Shown: positions 8,042 through 17,677 of the stretch, piece after piece
How positions within the stretch are numbered: the stretch's first letter is position 1
Layout of the letters: every line of letters starts with the position of its first letter
Assembly: GCA_964511375.1 (NCBI GenBank)
Contig: CAZEEW010000007.1
Location: forward strand, 1 to 61,486
Direction: 5' to 3'
DNA: 61,486 nt
Source of the DNA: an uncultured Gammaproteobacteria bacterium
Lineage (GTDB): Bacteria; Patescibacteriota; Patescibacteriia; Magasanikbacterales; GWA2-37-8
Program-made: the position numbers and the translations under genes
Notes under the pieces: generated by a model
The model's input: the letters and a program-made list of their open reading frames with translations, nothing else
Databases searched by the model: none
Told to the model about the DNA's origin: nothing

Positions 8042-10897
8042 ATGAAGAAATACAATCCAAAAGATATTGAAAAAAAATGGCAAAAGTACTGGGAAGACCA
8101 GGGCACTTTTAAGGTTAAAGAAGTTTCAGATAAGCAAAAGTTTTATGGCTTAATCGAATTTCCATATCCCTCTGGGGCTGGCTTACATGTTGGTCATCCT
8201 CGTCCATTTACTGCTATGGACGTTATTTCCCGTAAGAAAAGAATGGAAGAATACAATGTTTTATTCCCGATTGGTTTTGACGCCTTTGGATTGCCAACCG
8301 AAAATTTTGCTATTAAGACCGGCCGTCCTCCCAAAGAGGTAACGGCAGAAAACATCGCCACTTTTACCCGTCAGTTAAAGATGCTCGGTTTTTCTTTTGA
8401 TTGGTCTCGTGCTGTCGATACCACTGATCCGAAATACTACAAGTGGACTCAATGGATATTCCTACAATTTTTCAAGCACGGTTTAGCTTACAAAAAAGCT
8501 ATGCCGATTAATTGGTGTCCAAGTTGTAAAATCGGTCTTGCGAATGAAGAAGTGGTGGATGGAAAATGCGAACGATGTGGTACACCAGTTGAGCGAAAGA
8601 ATAAAGAACAGTGGATGTTGGCTATTACTAAATATGCAGATAAATTATTAGAAGGTTTAAAGACTGTTAATTACATTGAGCGTGCTAAAGTCCAGCAAGA
8701 AAATTGGATTGGGAAAAGCGAGGGCGCACTTGTTAGGTTTGCTGTTAACGGTAAAGACATAAAAACTTTTGAAGTTTTCACAACTCGCCCGGATACCTTG
8801 TTTGGTGCTACATATATGGTTATTGCCCCGGAACATGAGTTAATAACCAAAGAAAAAGATTTAATTACCAATTTTTCTGAAGTTGAAAAATATATATCTG
8901 AAGCAAAGGCTAAGTCTGACCTGGAACGGACTGATTTAGCTAAAGAGAAAACCGGAGTTGAATTAAAAGGAATAAGAGCAATTAATCCAGTAAACAATGA
9001 AGAATTGCCAATTTTTGTGGCTGACTATGTTTTAGCTAGTTACGGTACTGGTGCAATTATGGCCGTGCCAGCACATGATGAAAGAGATAATGAGTTTGCA
9101 AGAAAATTTAATCTCCCGATTAAACCAGTCGTCATTCCTTTGTTTGAAGAACTTTCTGGTCAAGATGCTATACGGGAAGATAAAGAAACTGTTACCCGCC
9201 ACAATGCCTACATGTTTTTAAAACATCATACGGAAGATAAGTACCTTTGTTTAGATTGGGAGAAATATGGTTGGCATTCGGGTATCATTGGTGGGATCGA
9301 TGAGGGCGAAGACCCAATTGTTGCTGCTGTGCGTGAAATCCAGGAAGAAACTGGTTACCAAAATGTTAGATTTGTTAAGAGAATTGGCTACGGCCATCGC
9401 AATCACTTTTTTGCCGCTCATAAAGATGTTAATCGTTATGCTTTAGGTGAGGACATGCTGTTTGAACTTGTAAATGATGAGAAATTAGAAACAAAAGAAG
9501 AGCATACTAAGAACCACAAACCAGTTTGGGTAGAAGCAAAAAAAATGCGTGAGTTTCTCAACATGCCTAACTTTTTGTACATGTGGGATATTTTAGAAGG
9601 CAAAAGAAGCGAGTGTTTTAGTGATAACGGCATTGCAGTGAATTCTGGCTTTTTAAACGAATTAAAAACCCCGGAAGCTAAAGAGAAAATAATTGCCTGG
9701 CTTGAAGAAAATGGTTTTGGCCAGAAAGAAGTGCAATACAGACTTCGCGATTGGGTATTCTCACGTCAACGCTATTGGGGCGAACCGATCCCCTTGGTCA
9801 ATTGTAGTAAATGTGGTTGGGTGCCAGTCCCAGAAAAAGAACTTCCTCTTACTTTACCAGAAGTAGAGCGTTACGAACCAACTGATACTGGTGAATCTCC
9901 ACTGGCCGCGATTGAAGACTGGGTAAAAACCACCTGTCCCAAGTGTGGCCACGAAGCCAGACGTGAAACTGACACCATGCCTAACTGGGCGGGCTCAAGT
10001 TGGTATTTCTTAAGATACTGTGATCCGGACAATGATCAAGAATTTTGTTCAATGGAGAAATTAAAATACTGGATGCCGGTTGATTGGTACAATGGCGGGA
10101 TGGAACACACGGTTTTGCACTTGTTATATTCCCGTTTCTGGAATCAATTTTTATTTGATCTTGGCCTAGTTCCAGCCTTTGAACCATATACAAAACGTAC
10201 TTCCCACGGGATGATCCTGGCTAAAGGTGGAGAGAAGATGAGTAAATCAAAAGGCAATGTGGTTAATCCAGATGAAATGGTGGAACAATTTGGTACTGAT
10301 GCCCTTCGAACATATATTATGTTCATGGGTCCTTTTGACCAAGCTGTCGAGTGGGACACTAATGGTCTAATTGGTGTTCGACGTTTCCTAGATCGTGTTT
10401 ACACCCTAAGTGAAAAAGTAAAAGACACGGGAAGCGATTCTTTTACCACGTTATTGCACCAGACGATTAGGAAAGTTACCGAAGATATTGATGAGATGCG
10501 CTTTAATACGGCTATTGCCAAACTCATGGAATTAACCAATGAAATGGTTAAAGCAGAAACAATTGGAAAAGCCGAGTGGGAAAGCTTCTTAAAGTTATTG
10601 TCTCCCTTTGCTCCTCATCTTGCCGAAGAGTTGTGGAATGAACTTGGCCATGAGAAAACAATTGCCTATGAGCCTTGGCCTAAATTTGACCTTGAGCTGG
10701 CTAAAGAAAAAGAGATTACCCTGGCAGTGCAAATTAACGGCAAATTAAGAGACACAATTGTCGTGGTTCCGGAGATTGAGGATGAGGAAGCTAAACAATT
10801 AGCTCTCCGTAGTGAAAAAGTCCAGAAGTGGTTGGAGGGTAAAGAACCGAAAAAAGTCATCTATGTCAAAGGAAAATTGGTAAGTATCGTGGTTTAG
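8042..10897 (+). CDS. leuS: leucine--tRNA ligase carrying an internal Nudix-domain insertion
   Basis: HIGH-type motif LHVGHP, CP1 editing motif TTRPDTLFGAT, AVPAHDERD, YRLRDWVFSRQRYWGEPIP and KMSKS. Start taken at ATG 8042 (MKKYNPKDIEKKW). Confidence 0.92.
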   Translation: MKKYNPKDIEKKWQKYWEDQGTFKVKEVSDKQKFYGLIEFPYPSGAGLHVGHPRPFTAMDVISRKKRMEEYNVLFPIGFDAFGLPTENFAIKTGRPPKEVTAENIATFTRQLKMLGFSFDWSRAVDTTDPKYYKWTQWIFLQFFKHGLAYKKAMPINWCPSCKIGLANEEVVDGKCERCGTPVERKNKEQWMLAITKYADKLLEGLKTVNYIERAKVQQENWIGKSEGALVRFAVNGKDIKTFEVFTTRPDTLFGATYMVIAPEHELITKEKDLITNFSEVEKYISEAKAKSDLERTDLAKEKTGVELKGIRAINPVNNEELPIFVADYVLASYGTGAIMAVPAHDERDNEFARKFNLPIKPVVIPLFEELSGQDAIREDKETVTRHNAYMFLKHHTEDKYLCLDWEKYGWHSGIIGGIDEGEDPIVAAVREIQEETGYQNVRFVKRIGYGHRNHFFAAHKDVNRYALGEDMLFELVNDEKLETKEEHTKNHKPVWVEAKKMREFLNMPNFLYMWDILEGKRSECFSDNGIAVNSGFLNELKTPEAKEKIIAWLEENGFGQKEVQYRLRDWVFSRQRYWGEPIPLVNCSKCGWVPVPEKELPLTLPEVERYEPTDTGESPLAAIEDWVKTTCPKCGHEARRETDTMPNWAGSSWYFLRYCDPDNDQEFCSMEKLKYWMPVDWYNGGMEHTVLHLLYSRFWNQFLFDLGLVPAFEPYTKRTSHGMILAKGGEKMSKSKGNVVNPDEMVEQFGTDALRTYIMFMGPFDQAVEWDTNGLIGVRRFLDRVYTLSEKVKDTGSDSFTTLLHQTIRKVTEDIDEMRFNTAIAKLMELTNEMVKAETIGKAEWESFLKLLSPFAPHLAEELWNELGHEKTIAYEPWPKFDLELAKEKEITLAVQINGKLRDTIVVVPEIEDEEAKQLALRSEKVQKWLEGKEPKKVIYVKGKLVSIVV

Positions 10898-10902
10898 TGG
10901 TT

Positions 10903-12465
10903 ATGAAGGAGGGGATCAATAATATTATCTATTCAAAAAGCAGAACATTTTTATGGTTCTGCTTTTCTTTTATCTTAGGCATTGCTCTCTCGTCAGGAAT
11001 ATATTTAGATCGAGAGTATTTGTTTTTTCTCACGCTTATTTTATTAGTTGCGGTCCTCTTGGTTATATATAATTTTCATTCGCTAAAGTACCGTTTCTTC
11101 GCACTGACCTTACTATTTGTTACGCTTGGAGTCATTCGTTTTGTTTTAAGTCAACCGGTTATTACCGATAAACACATTGCCTATTATAACGAGCAAAAAT
11201 TAAGTTTAGTGGGTAAAGTTGTCGAAGAACCGGAATTTAAGCTTGAAGATAGCGTATATATCGTTGAAGCACAAGATATCCCAAAGTGGAAAAAAGCAGC
11301 GAAAGGGAGAATTATGGTCCGGGCTTCAATTTATCCAGAATACCAGTATGGCGATGTAATAAGTATTTATTGTAAATTACAAAAACCGAAAAACAGTGAA
11401 GAATTTAACTATGCCAATTATTTAGCGAGACAGAAAATATTTTCACTTTGCTATTATCCTGAAATAAGTAAAACCAAAAGCGGGGAGGGGAATGTTTTAA
11501 AATCTGTGATTTTTTCTTGGAAAAGTTCATTGAACAACAAGGTCAATGAGCTCTGGCCAGAACCAGAATCTAGCTTGATGGCTGGTTTATTATATGGCGC
11601 CCGAAGTGGATTTACCAAAGAACTGTCCGATAATTTTAGTAAAGTCGGTATTACTCACATTGTGGCTGTCTCTGGTTATAACATTAGTATAGTGGCCACC
11701 TTCCTTATGTCTCTGTTCATTGCTATCGGTCTTTATCGCCGCCAAGCGTTTTGGTTTGCAGTCCTGGGCATTATTCTTTTTGTAATATTTACTGGTGCCT
11801 CGGCCTCGGTCGTCCGGGCCGGGATTATGGGTATTCTGGTGCTACTCGCTAACCAATTAGGGCGATTGTCCCGCATTGGTAATGTCTTAGTATTTACCGC
11901 TGCCGTAATGTTACTCTTTAATCCCTGGATATTACTCTGGGACGCAGGGTTCCAGTTGTCTTTTCTTGCCACTCTAGGATTGGTATACATTTCACCAATA
12001 CTACAAGAAAAGATTTTGAAAAAGAAAATATTTTCTAAATTTTCGAGCCATAGTTGGTTCGCGGCCTTAAGCGAAATACTAATTTCTACTCTTTCCGCCA
12101 TTATTTCTACTTTACCACTAATATTATTTCAATTTGGTCGACTTTCACTCATCGCTCCAATTGCCAACATTTTAGTGCTCTGGTTAATACCCTGGCTCAT
12201 GTTACTTGGTTTTGTTAGTGTTATTTTGTCATTTGTATTTTTCCCGCTGGGGCAACTAATCGCCTGGATAGCTGGAATAGGGTTAAGATACATAATATTT
12301 ATTACCGAATACTTTGGCAACAAAAATTGGGCAGCCATGCCAATACAAATTAATCTTACGATTCTAATTTTTTCATACACAGTATTAATTTATTACGTCA
12401 TTCAATTCCACAAAGACAAGAATTTAGACCGTAGTATAGGGCAGTTGTCAACGGTTGATAGGTAA
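10903..12465 (+). CDS. comEC: ComEC/Rec2-family competence channel protein (lacks the metallo-beta-lactamase domain)
   Basis: Polytopic membrane protein with an N-terminal OB-like region and then the competence domain (GITHIVAVSGYNISIV, SASVVRAGIMG). GTG 10897 is an alternative start. Confidence 0.75.
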   Translation: MKEGINNIIYSKSRTFLWFCFSFILGIALSSGIYLDREYLFFLTLILLVAVLLVIYNFHSLKYRFFALTLLFVTLGVIRFVLSQPVITDKHIAYYNEQKLSLVGKVVEEPEFKLEDSVYIVEAQDIPKWKKAAKGRIMVRASIYPEYQYGDVISIYCKLQKPKNSEEFNYANYLARQKIFSLCYYPEISKTKSGEGNVLKSVIFSWKSSLNNKVNELWPEPESSLMAGLLYGARSGFTKELSDNFSKVGITHIVAVSGYNISIVATFLMSLFIAIGLYRRQAFWFAVLGIILFVIFTGASASVVRAGIMGILVLLANQLGRLSRIGNVLVFTAAVMLLFNPWILLWDAGFQLSFLATLGLVYISPILQEKILKKKIFSKFSSHSWFAALSEILISTLSAIISTLPLILFQFGRLSLIAPIANILVLWLIPWLMLLGFVSVILSFVFFPLGQLIAWIAGIGLRYIIFITEYFGNKNWAAMPIQINLTILIFSYTVLIYYVIQFHKDKNLDRSIGQLSTVDR

Positions 12466-12482
12466 GGTAGAATAGGTTTACT

Positions 12483-13106
12483 ATGCCTAAAACTAAAGTA
12501 AAAATAATGGCCTCAGCCCCAGGATATGACCTAGCGTCGCTTGGCTACGACAAAAAAGAGAAATATTTAAACAGCTTTGAACAAGGCCAGGTTTTGGGAA
12601 TGATGGGTGATCTGGCTGGTAAAAAGGTCCTGGATGTTGGTGCTGGTACCGGCCGTTTAGCGATTGAGCTTGCCCGCCTGGGTGCAGAAGTAATCGCCCT
12701 AGATGTTTCCGGTAGTATGCTTCGGGTCTTGGAACAAAAAGCTCGGAAGGCTGGTATCAAAATTAATACCGTTGTCGGCGATGCTGAAAATTTAGACTTT
12801 CCCGACCATTCTTTCGACTGGATTATTTCAACCTTTGTGATCGTCCACCTCAAAGACCCAAAGTATTTTTTCATCGAAGCCTACCGCGTACTGAAAGACG
12901 GCGGAAAGTTATTGGTTACCAACATCAACCAAAAAGAACCGCCAGATGTGAAAACTGCAGAGGGGACAATTAAAATCGAGTCGTACTACCACCGGCCAGA
13001 GAAAATTAAAGAAGAGTTAAAAGAACTGGCTTTTGGTATTGAAACCGAAAAAATTATTAAAGAAAAAGAGGTTTGGGTTAACCAAATTATCATCGCTCAA
13101 AAATAA
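12483..13106 (+). CDS. class I SAM-dependent methyltransferase
   Basis: Motif I VLDVGAGTGRLA followed by an acidic residue in VIALDVS. 207 aa. Confidence 0.75.
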   Translation: MPKTKVKIMASAPGYDLASLGYDKKEKYLNSFEQGQVLGMMGDLAGKKVLDVGAGTGRLAIELARLGAEVIALDVSGSMLRVLEQKARKAGIKINTVVGDAENLDFPDHSFDWIISTFVIVHLKDPKYFFIEAYRVLKDGGKLLVTNINQKEPPDVKTAEGTIKIESYYHRPEKIKEELKELAFGIETEKIIKEKEVWVNQIIIAQK

Positions 13107-13951
13107 TGGAGGCAAAATATAAACTTCTTACTGCCATAGGTATACTAGTCGCTATCGCTGCTGGTATATTAGTGTATATTTATATCTTGTCTTCGCGACA
13201 CGAATTCAAAGTTACTGTTTTTGACATTGGACAAGGTGATGCTGCCTTGATTGAATTTGAGACCGGTGAGCAAATGTTGGTAGATTGTGGTAAGGACAAA
13301 AAGATTTTATCTAAACTCGGTAAAGCCCTGCCTTTTTATGATCGAGAAATTGATTACCTTTTAATTACCCATTATGACAGCGATCACTATGGTGGGTGCA
13401 CTGATGTATTACGTCGGTACAAAATTAAAAAGGTGGTGGACAATGGTCTTAAGAAAAAAGGTGATCCCTATTTTATCGACTTTGATCATTATCTCCAAAA
13501 TGAGAAAGTTGAGTACATCGCCGCTAAGGCCGGGTTGGTTTGGCAGATCGGTAAGGAGAAAGTTAAATTCTATTCTCCGAGTGAAGAATATGGGATGGAT
13601 CCGGAAGGTCACAACGAACATTCATTGGTTTTTAAATTGACAAGAGAAGATAAAGACTGGTTATTCATGGGTGACGCGGGAATTCCCTTAGAAAAGAAGA
13701 TAATCGAAAAATATTGCGGGGAAGGAATAAATTGTCCATTGCAAGACATTGAAGTATTGAAGGCTGGTCATCACGGCAGCGATACTTCTTCTAGTGAAGA
13801 GTTTCTAGAGCTAGTCCAACCAGAAGAAACGGTTATCTCAGTTGGCAAGAATTCTTTCGGTCATCCGTCATTACGGGTAACACGAAAAATCGAAAGAGTG
13901 AATTCCAAGATTTTGCGTACAGATGAGACCGGTGATATAATATACCATTAG
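13106..13951 (+). CDS. membrane-anchored metallo-beta-lactamase-fold protein, ComEC C-terminal-domain-like
   Basis: N-terminal TM helix, DIGQGDA, THYDSDHYGG and KAGHHGSDTSSS. These match the ComEC beta-lactamase-like domain pattern. Confidence 0.7.
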   Translation: MEAKYKLLTAIGILVAIAAGILVYIYILSSRHEFKVTVFDIGQGDAALIEFETGEQMLVDCGKDKKILSKLGKALPFYDREIDYLLITHYDSDHYGGCTDVLRRYKIKKVVDNGLKKKGDPYFIDFDHYLQNEKVEYIAAKAGLVWQIGKEKVKFYSPSEEYGMDPEGHNEHSLVFKLTREDKDWLFMGDAGIPLEKKIIEKYCGEGINCPLQDIEVLKAGHHGSDTSSSEEFLELVQPEETVISVGKNSFGHPSLRVTRKIERVNSKILRTDETGDIIYH

Positions 13952-13953
13952 AT

Positions 13954-14571
13954 ATGGTCAAATTACTACCACTCATTTTCGTCTTAAGTTTATTATTACC
14001 GCTTTCTGCTAAGGCAGCGGTTGTTGATACCGACCAAGATGGTTTAGCCGACGAATTAGAATTACAGCTTGGCACTTTAACGTACAACCCAGACATGGAC
14101 GGAGATGGTTATAAAGACGGAGAAGAAGTAGAGAATGGGTATAATCCCTTTAAGGGAGGTGGTGACAAGGGCTTAGCTCGCCGTGTTGAAGTAGATCTTT
14201 CTACCCAGCAAGCGCACTATTTTTTAAATAACGTCAAAATTGCATCCATTCCAGTTTCCACTGGCTTACGGGGGATGGATACTCCAAAAGGAGAGTTTAA
14301 GATCATGCGTAAATTGCCGGTTCATCTATATGCTGGGCGTGGGTATTATTTACCAAACACCAAATGGAATCTGGAATTTAAACGTGGGTATTATCTACAT
14401 GGCGCTTATTGGCACAACCAGTTTGGCATTCGCCCGATGAGTCATGGTTGTGTAAATATTGGTTATAAAAATGCGGAGAAGATATATAAATTTTTAAAAG
14501 TGGGGGACACAGTTAAGGTATATGGCACTACTCCGAAAGGGAAAATTGCACAAGCTAAAGTAACTTCTTAA
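13954..14571 (+). CDS. L,D-transpeptidase (YkuD fold) with N-terminal Ca-binding-type Asp repeats
   Basis: Signal peptide, DTDQDGLAD and DMDGDGYKDGEE repeats, and catalytic HG...SHGCVNI. Confidence 0.8.
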   Translation: MVKLLPLIFVLSLLLPLSAKAAVVDTDQDGLADELELQLGTLTYNPDMDGDGYKDGEEVENGYNPFKGGGDKGLARRVEVDLSTQQAHYFLNNVKIASIPVSTGLRGMDTPKGEFKIMRKLPVHLYAGRGYYLPNTKWNLEFKRGYYLHGAYWHNQFGIRPMSHGCVNIGYKNAEKIYKFLKVGDTVKVYGTTPKGKIAQAKVTS

Positions 14572-14625
14572 AAGTGTCAAGGTGGCTAAATTTTTTATTA
14601 TAAAATTAATTTTAATTCATAATAT

Positions 14626-16311
14626 ATGAAGGCAAAAAACATCTTGTATGCTCTTCCCCTAGTTGTATTGGGTTGGGGCTTGTTTATCTTGGGAGGAGAA
14701 GAAGTTTTAGCGGCAAATCCCGCGACGCGTCCGTACTTGCAGGTCATAACCTCGGCTGACAAAATCACTGATCAACAGGTTGTTACTGTCACCGCTCTCG
14801 CTGCCACCTATGAAGGCCAGCCGGTAGATAGATTTCAAATGAAAATTGGTAGTACTAGTTATAAGTGTCTAAGTACATATTTTTGCCAACAGACTGTTGG
14901 TCCGTTTAGTGTGACTAAGCCAACCTGGGTTGGTTATGAAATAACTGCAATTGATGTACAGGGCAAAAATAATGAATCTCGCAGAACTGCCACTGGTCGT
15001 TTCTTGGTAACTCCCACCAAAAAAGATACACAAAAGCCTGTCTTTACCAAAATTACTACTTCTAACCACCAGCTTTCTCCTGGTGAAAGTTTTGCTTTAG
15101 AAATTACCACCAAAGATAATAAGGGGATAGCTAAAATAGATATTTTGCTTGATGGAAATCTTCTGAAAACTTGTGCAAACGAAAAAGTATGTGGAACAAC
15201 TGCCGGTCCTTTTACGACCGAGGATGTAGGAGAACATGCTTACACTTTCATTGTAACTGATACTGACGGTAATTATATTAAACCCTGGGGAAAATTTTGG
15301 GTCCGATCTTCAACCCAGCCTGCTGCAGCCAGAGGGGTAGACAACGAGGCGCCACAAGTGCGAGTAACAGGGCAATTAAGACTTTCTCAAACTAGAGAAG
15401 GGGGTCAGGGTTATGAAATAAAAGCGAATGCCACAGATAATAGTGGGCGGATTGCCCGAACAGAAATCTACATTACTGAAGTTGGACAACCAATGGGGAA
15501 CCCAGTGTTTACCTGCGGAGCCAAACCCTCTCCCTCTGGTTGTTTAGAATCCGGGAATGCTGATCTCATGTTTAACAAGCGTTACGCTTACCAGGCATAT
15601 GCGTATGATGAGGCTGGTAATCGAGGCATGTCTATGATGTATTATTTTGACATACCATCTTTTGACGAAACTTTACCACAGGTTATTTTAATCCCGAGCA
15701 AAGACAACCTACAACTAGGTGACAAAGTTACTCTAACCGCTCGTGCAACAGATAATTACGGTGTGAATAGAATCGAAATAAGAAAGTTCGGCTTGGATAC
15801 TGTTAAGCAGTGTGATGGGATAAACAATGGAGTAAGCACCTGCAGCTATACAGATGGACCATTAACGGTAGGAGAACATAAGTATGACGCCACAGCCTAT
15901 GACGCCGCTGGCAACCAAGCTTGGAGTGGTTGGGTAGTTCTAAGAGTCGGGAGTAATAATACTAATCCTACCCCCACCACTCCGGTAGGGAATGATACTG
16001 AAGCTCCGGTAGTTTCTGTTGAGGCTGAACCCAATAGTTCTAATAGTCCAGAAGGCCATGGTTATGTTTATACCATTCGAGCTACAGATAATAGCGGAGC
16101 AGTGGCTAACATGGAATTCTTTATCGCGGCCGAAGGTCAAGAGTTCAGCCAAACCCCAACTATGACTTGCGGCAGAGCACAAAATCCACATTCCTGTGGC
16201 AATATTGGCTATTTGCCAGGTGGGCGTAATTATTACTACCAAGCCAAAGCCTATGATGATGCTGGTAATATTGGTTACTCACCGCGAAGCTTTTTTTGGA
16301 TGCCAAACTAA
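14626..16311 (+). CDS. secreted repeat protein with Ig-like/cadherin-like modules
   Basis: Signal peptide and recurring ATDNxG and AYDxAGN motif pairs with Cys-x(6-10)-Cys loops. Confidence 0.5.
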   Translation: MKAKNILYALPLVVLGWGLFILGGEEVLAANPATRPYLQVITSADKITDQQVVTVTALAATYEGQPVDRFQMKIGSTSYKCLSTYFCQQTVGPFSVTKPTWVGYEITAIDVQGKNNESRRTATGRFLVTPTKKDTQKPVFTKITTSNHQLSPGESFALEITTKDNKGIAKIDILLDGNLLKTCANEKVCGTTAGPFTTEDVGEHAYTFIVTDTDGNYIKPWGKFWVRSSTQPAAARGVDNEAPQVRVTGQLRLSQTREGGQGYEIKANATDNSGRIARTEIYITEVGQPMGNPVFTCGAKPSPSGCLESGNADLMFNKRYAYQAYAYDEAGNRGMSMMYYFDIPSFDETLPQVILIPSKDNLQLGDKVTLTARATDNYGVNRIEIRKFGLDTVKQCDGINNGVSTCSYTDGPLTVGEHKYDATAYDAAGNQAWSGWVVLRVGSNNTNPTPTTPVGNDTEAPVVSVEAEPNSSNSPEGHGYVYTIRATDNSGAVANMEFFIAAEGQEFSQTPTMTCGRAQNPHSCGNIGYLPGGRNYYYQAKAYDDAGNIGYSPRSFFWMPN

Positions 16312-16349
16312 TCCATAGTACGAGTGTTGTCTAGTTGTTTTTTATTAAC

Positions 16350-16378
16350 TTGACAGTAAAATATACTCATGGTATACT
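16350..16378 (+). promoter_or_regulatory. near-consensus sigma70-type promoter
   Basis: TTGACA (16350-16355), a 17-nt spacer whose last three nt TGg (16370-16372) extend the -10, and -10 hexamer TATACT (16373-16378). Confidence 0.55.
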
Positions 16379-16391
16379 TTTTACCATGATA

Positions 16392-16418
16392 GGCGCTTCC
16401 ATACGAAGCCGCCTTTTT
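16392..16418 (+). terminator. bulged intrinsic terminator/attenuator upstream of nusA
   Basis: GGCGCTTC (16392-16399) pairs with GAAGC-C-GCC (16405-16413) with one bulged C, followed by TTTTT. Confidence 0.55.
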
Positions 16419-16446
16419 ACTAAGTAATATTTAAATATATATTGGT

Positions 16447-17646
16447 ATGTCAGAAATTACCAAAGCCATCCAAGCTTTATGCGACGAAAAGGGTTTGTCA
16501 TATGAAGCAGTTTTAGAAACTATTGAGTCGGCACTCGCGGCTGCTTTCCGCAAGGACTTCGGCAATAAGCAACAAAATATTAAGGTTAAGTTTGACCCAG
16601 ATACTGCTAACATGCAGGCCTGGGATGTTAAGACGGTTGTTGAAGATATTGATGAAGAAGTTTTGTTAAACGCTCAGGAAGAATTGGCCGTTCGCCGTGA
16701 AAAAGCGCGCGAAGAGAATCGTGAGTTAACCGAGGAAGAAACTGCTGATTTACCTCGTTTTAACCCGAAGACAGAAATAATGTTAAGCGAAGCAGAAAAG
16801 ATTGAGAAAAAAGCTAATCTCGGCGATGTATTAGAAATTCCCCTGGAAATTCCTGGTTCTTTTGGTCGCATGGCTGCTCAAACTGCTAAACAGGTTATTA
16901 TCCAGAAAATTCGTGAAGCCGAGCGTGGTATGGTGTTTGAAGATTTTAAACAACATGAAAAACAAATCATTGTTGGTACCATTCAACGCGTCGAAGGTCG
17001 TAAGGTTTTGGTAGATATTGGTAAAGTTACGGCTGTGCTGCCTTCGAGCGAACAAATCCGACGTGAAAACTATCGTCCAGGCAGCCGCATGAAATTTTAT
17101 GTGGTTTCGGTCGAAATGACTAGCCGCGGACCTGAGATTATTTTATCTCGTGCCAACAAGGAAATGGTAAAAGAAATTTTCCGTCAGGAAATCCCTGAAG
17201 TTGAAGATGGAACTATTGAAATTAAAGGTGTAGCTCGTGATGCCGGTTATCGCTCAAAGGTGGCAGTATCGACAACTGATGAAAATCTTGACCCTATTGG
17301 TTCCTGTATTGGACAACGTGGTAGTCGTATTAATACTATTATTGAAGAACTAGGTGGAGAAAAGGTGGATGTTGTTCAGTACAATGATAAAGCTGAGCAA
17401 TATGTTGCTAATTCCTTATCTCCAGCTAAAGTGCTCCGCGTAGAATTAAACGCCGTAGAACAGAGCGCTGATGTCTATGTTGCTCCTGATCAGTTTTCCT
17501 TGGCTATCGGCCGTTCTGGTCAGAATGTTCGTTTAGCTTCAGAATTAACTGAATGGAAATTAAATGTTAAAGAAGAAGGTGGAGCGCAAGTGGTTTCAAG
17601 TGAAGAATTGGTTGAAGCAGCTGAATCCGAAGAGGAAGCCGAGTAA
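16447..17646 (+). CDS. nusA: transcription termination/antitermination factor NusA
   Basis: 399 aa with an N-terminal domain, S1 and two KH regions (GSCIGQRGSRIN, LAIGRSGQNVRLA) and an acidic tail. Confidence 0.9.
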   Translation: MSEITKAIQALCDEKGLSYEAVLETIESALAAAFRKDFGNKQQNIKVKFDPDTANMQAWDVKTVVEDIDEEVLLNAQEELAVRREKAREENRELTEEETADLPRFNPKTEIMLSEAEKIEKKANLGDVLEIPLEIPGSFGRMAAQTAKQVIIQKIREAERGMVFEDFKQHEKQIIVGTIQRVEGRKVLVDIGKVTAVLPSSEQIRRENYRPGSRMKFYVVSVEMTSRGPEIILSRANKEMVKEIFRQEIPEVEDGTIEIKGVARDAGYRSKVAVSTTDENLDPIGSCIGQRGSRINTIIEELGGEKVDVVQYNDKAEQYVANSLSPAKVLRVELNAVEQSADVYVAPDQFSLAIGRSGQNVRLASELTEWKLNVKEEGGAQVVSSEELVEAAESEEEAE

Positions 17647-17677
17647 AAAACTTAATTTTTTCAGTTAACCACAATTT

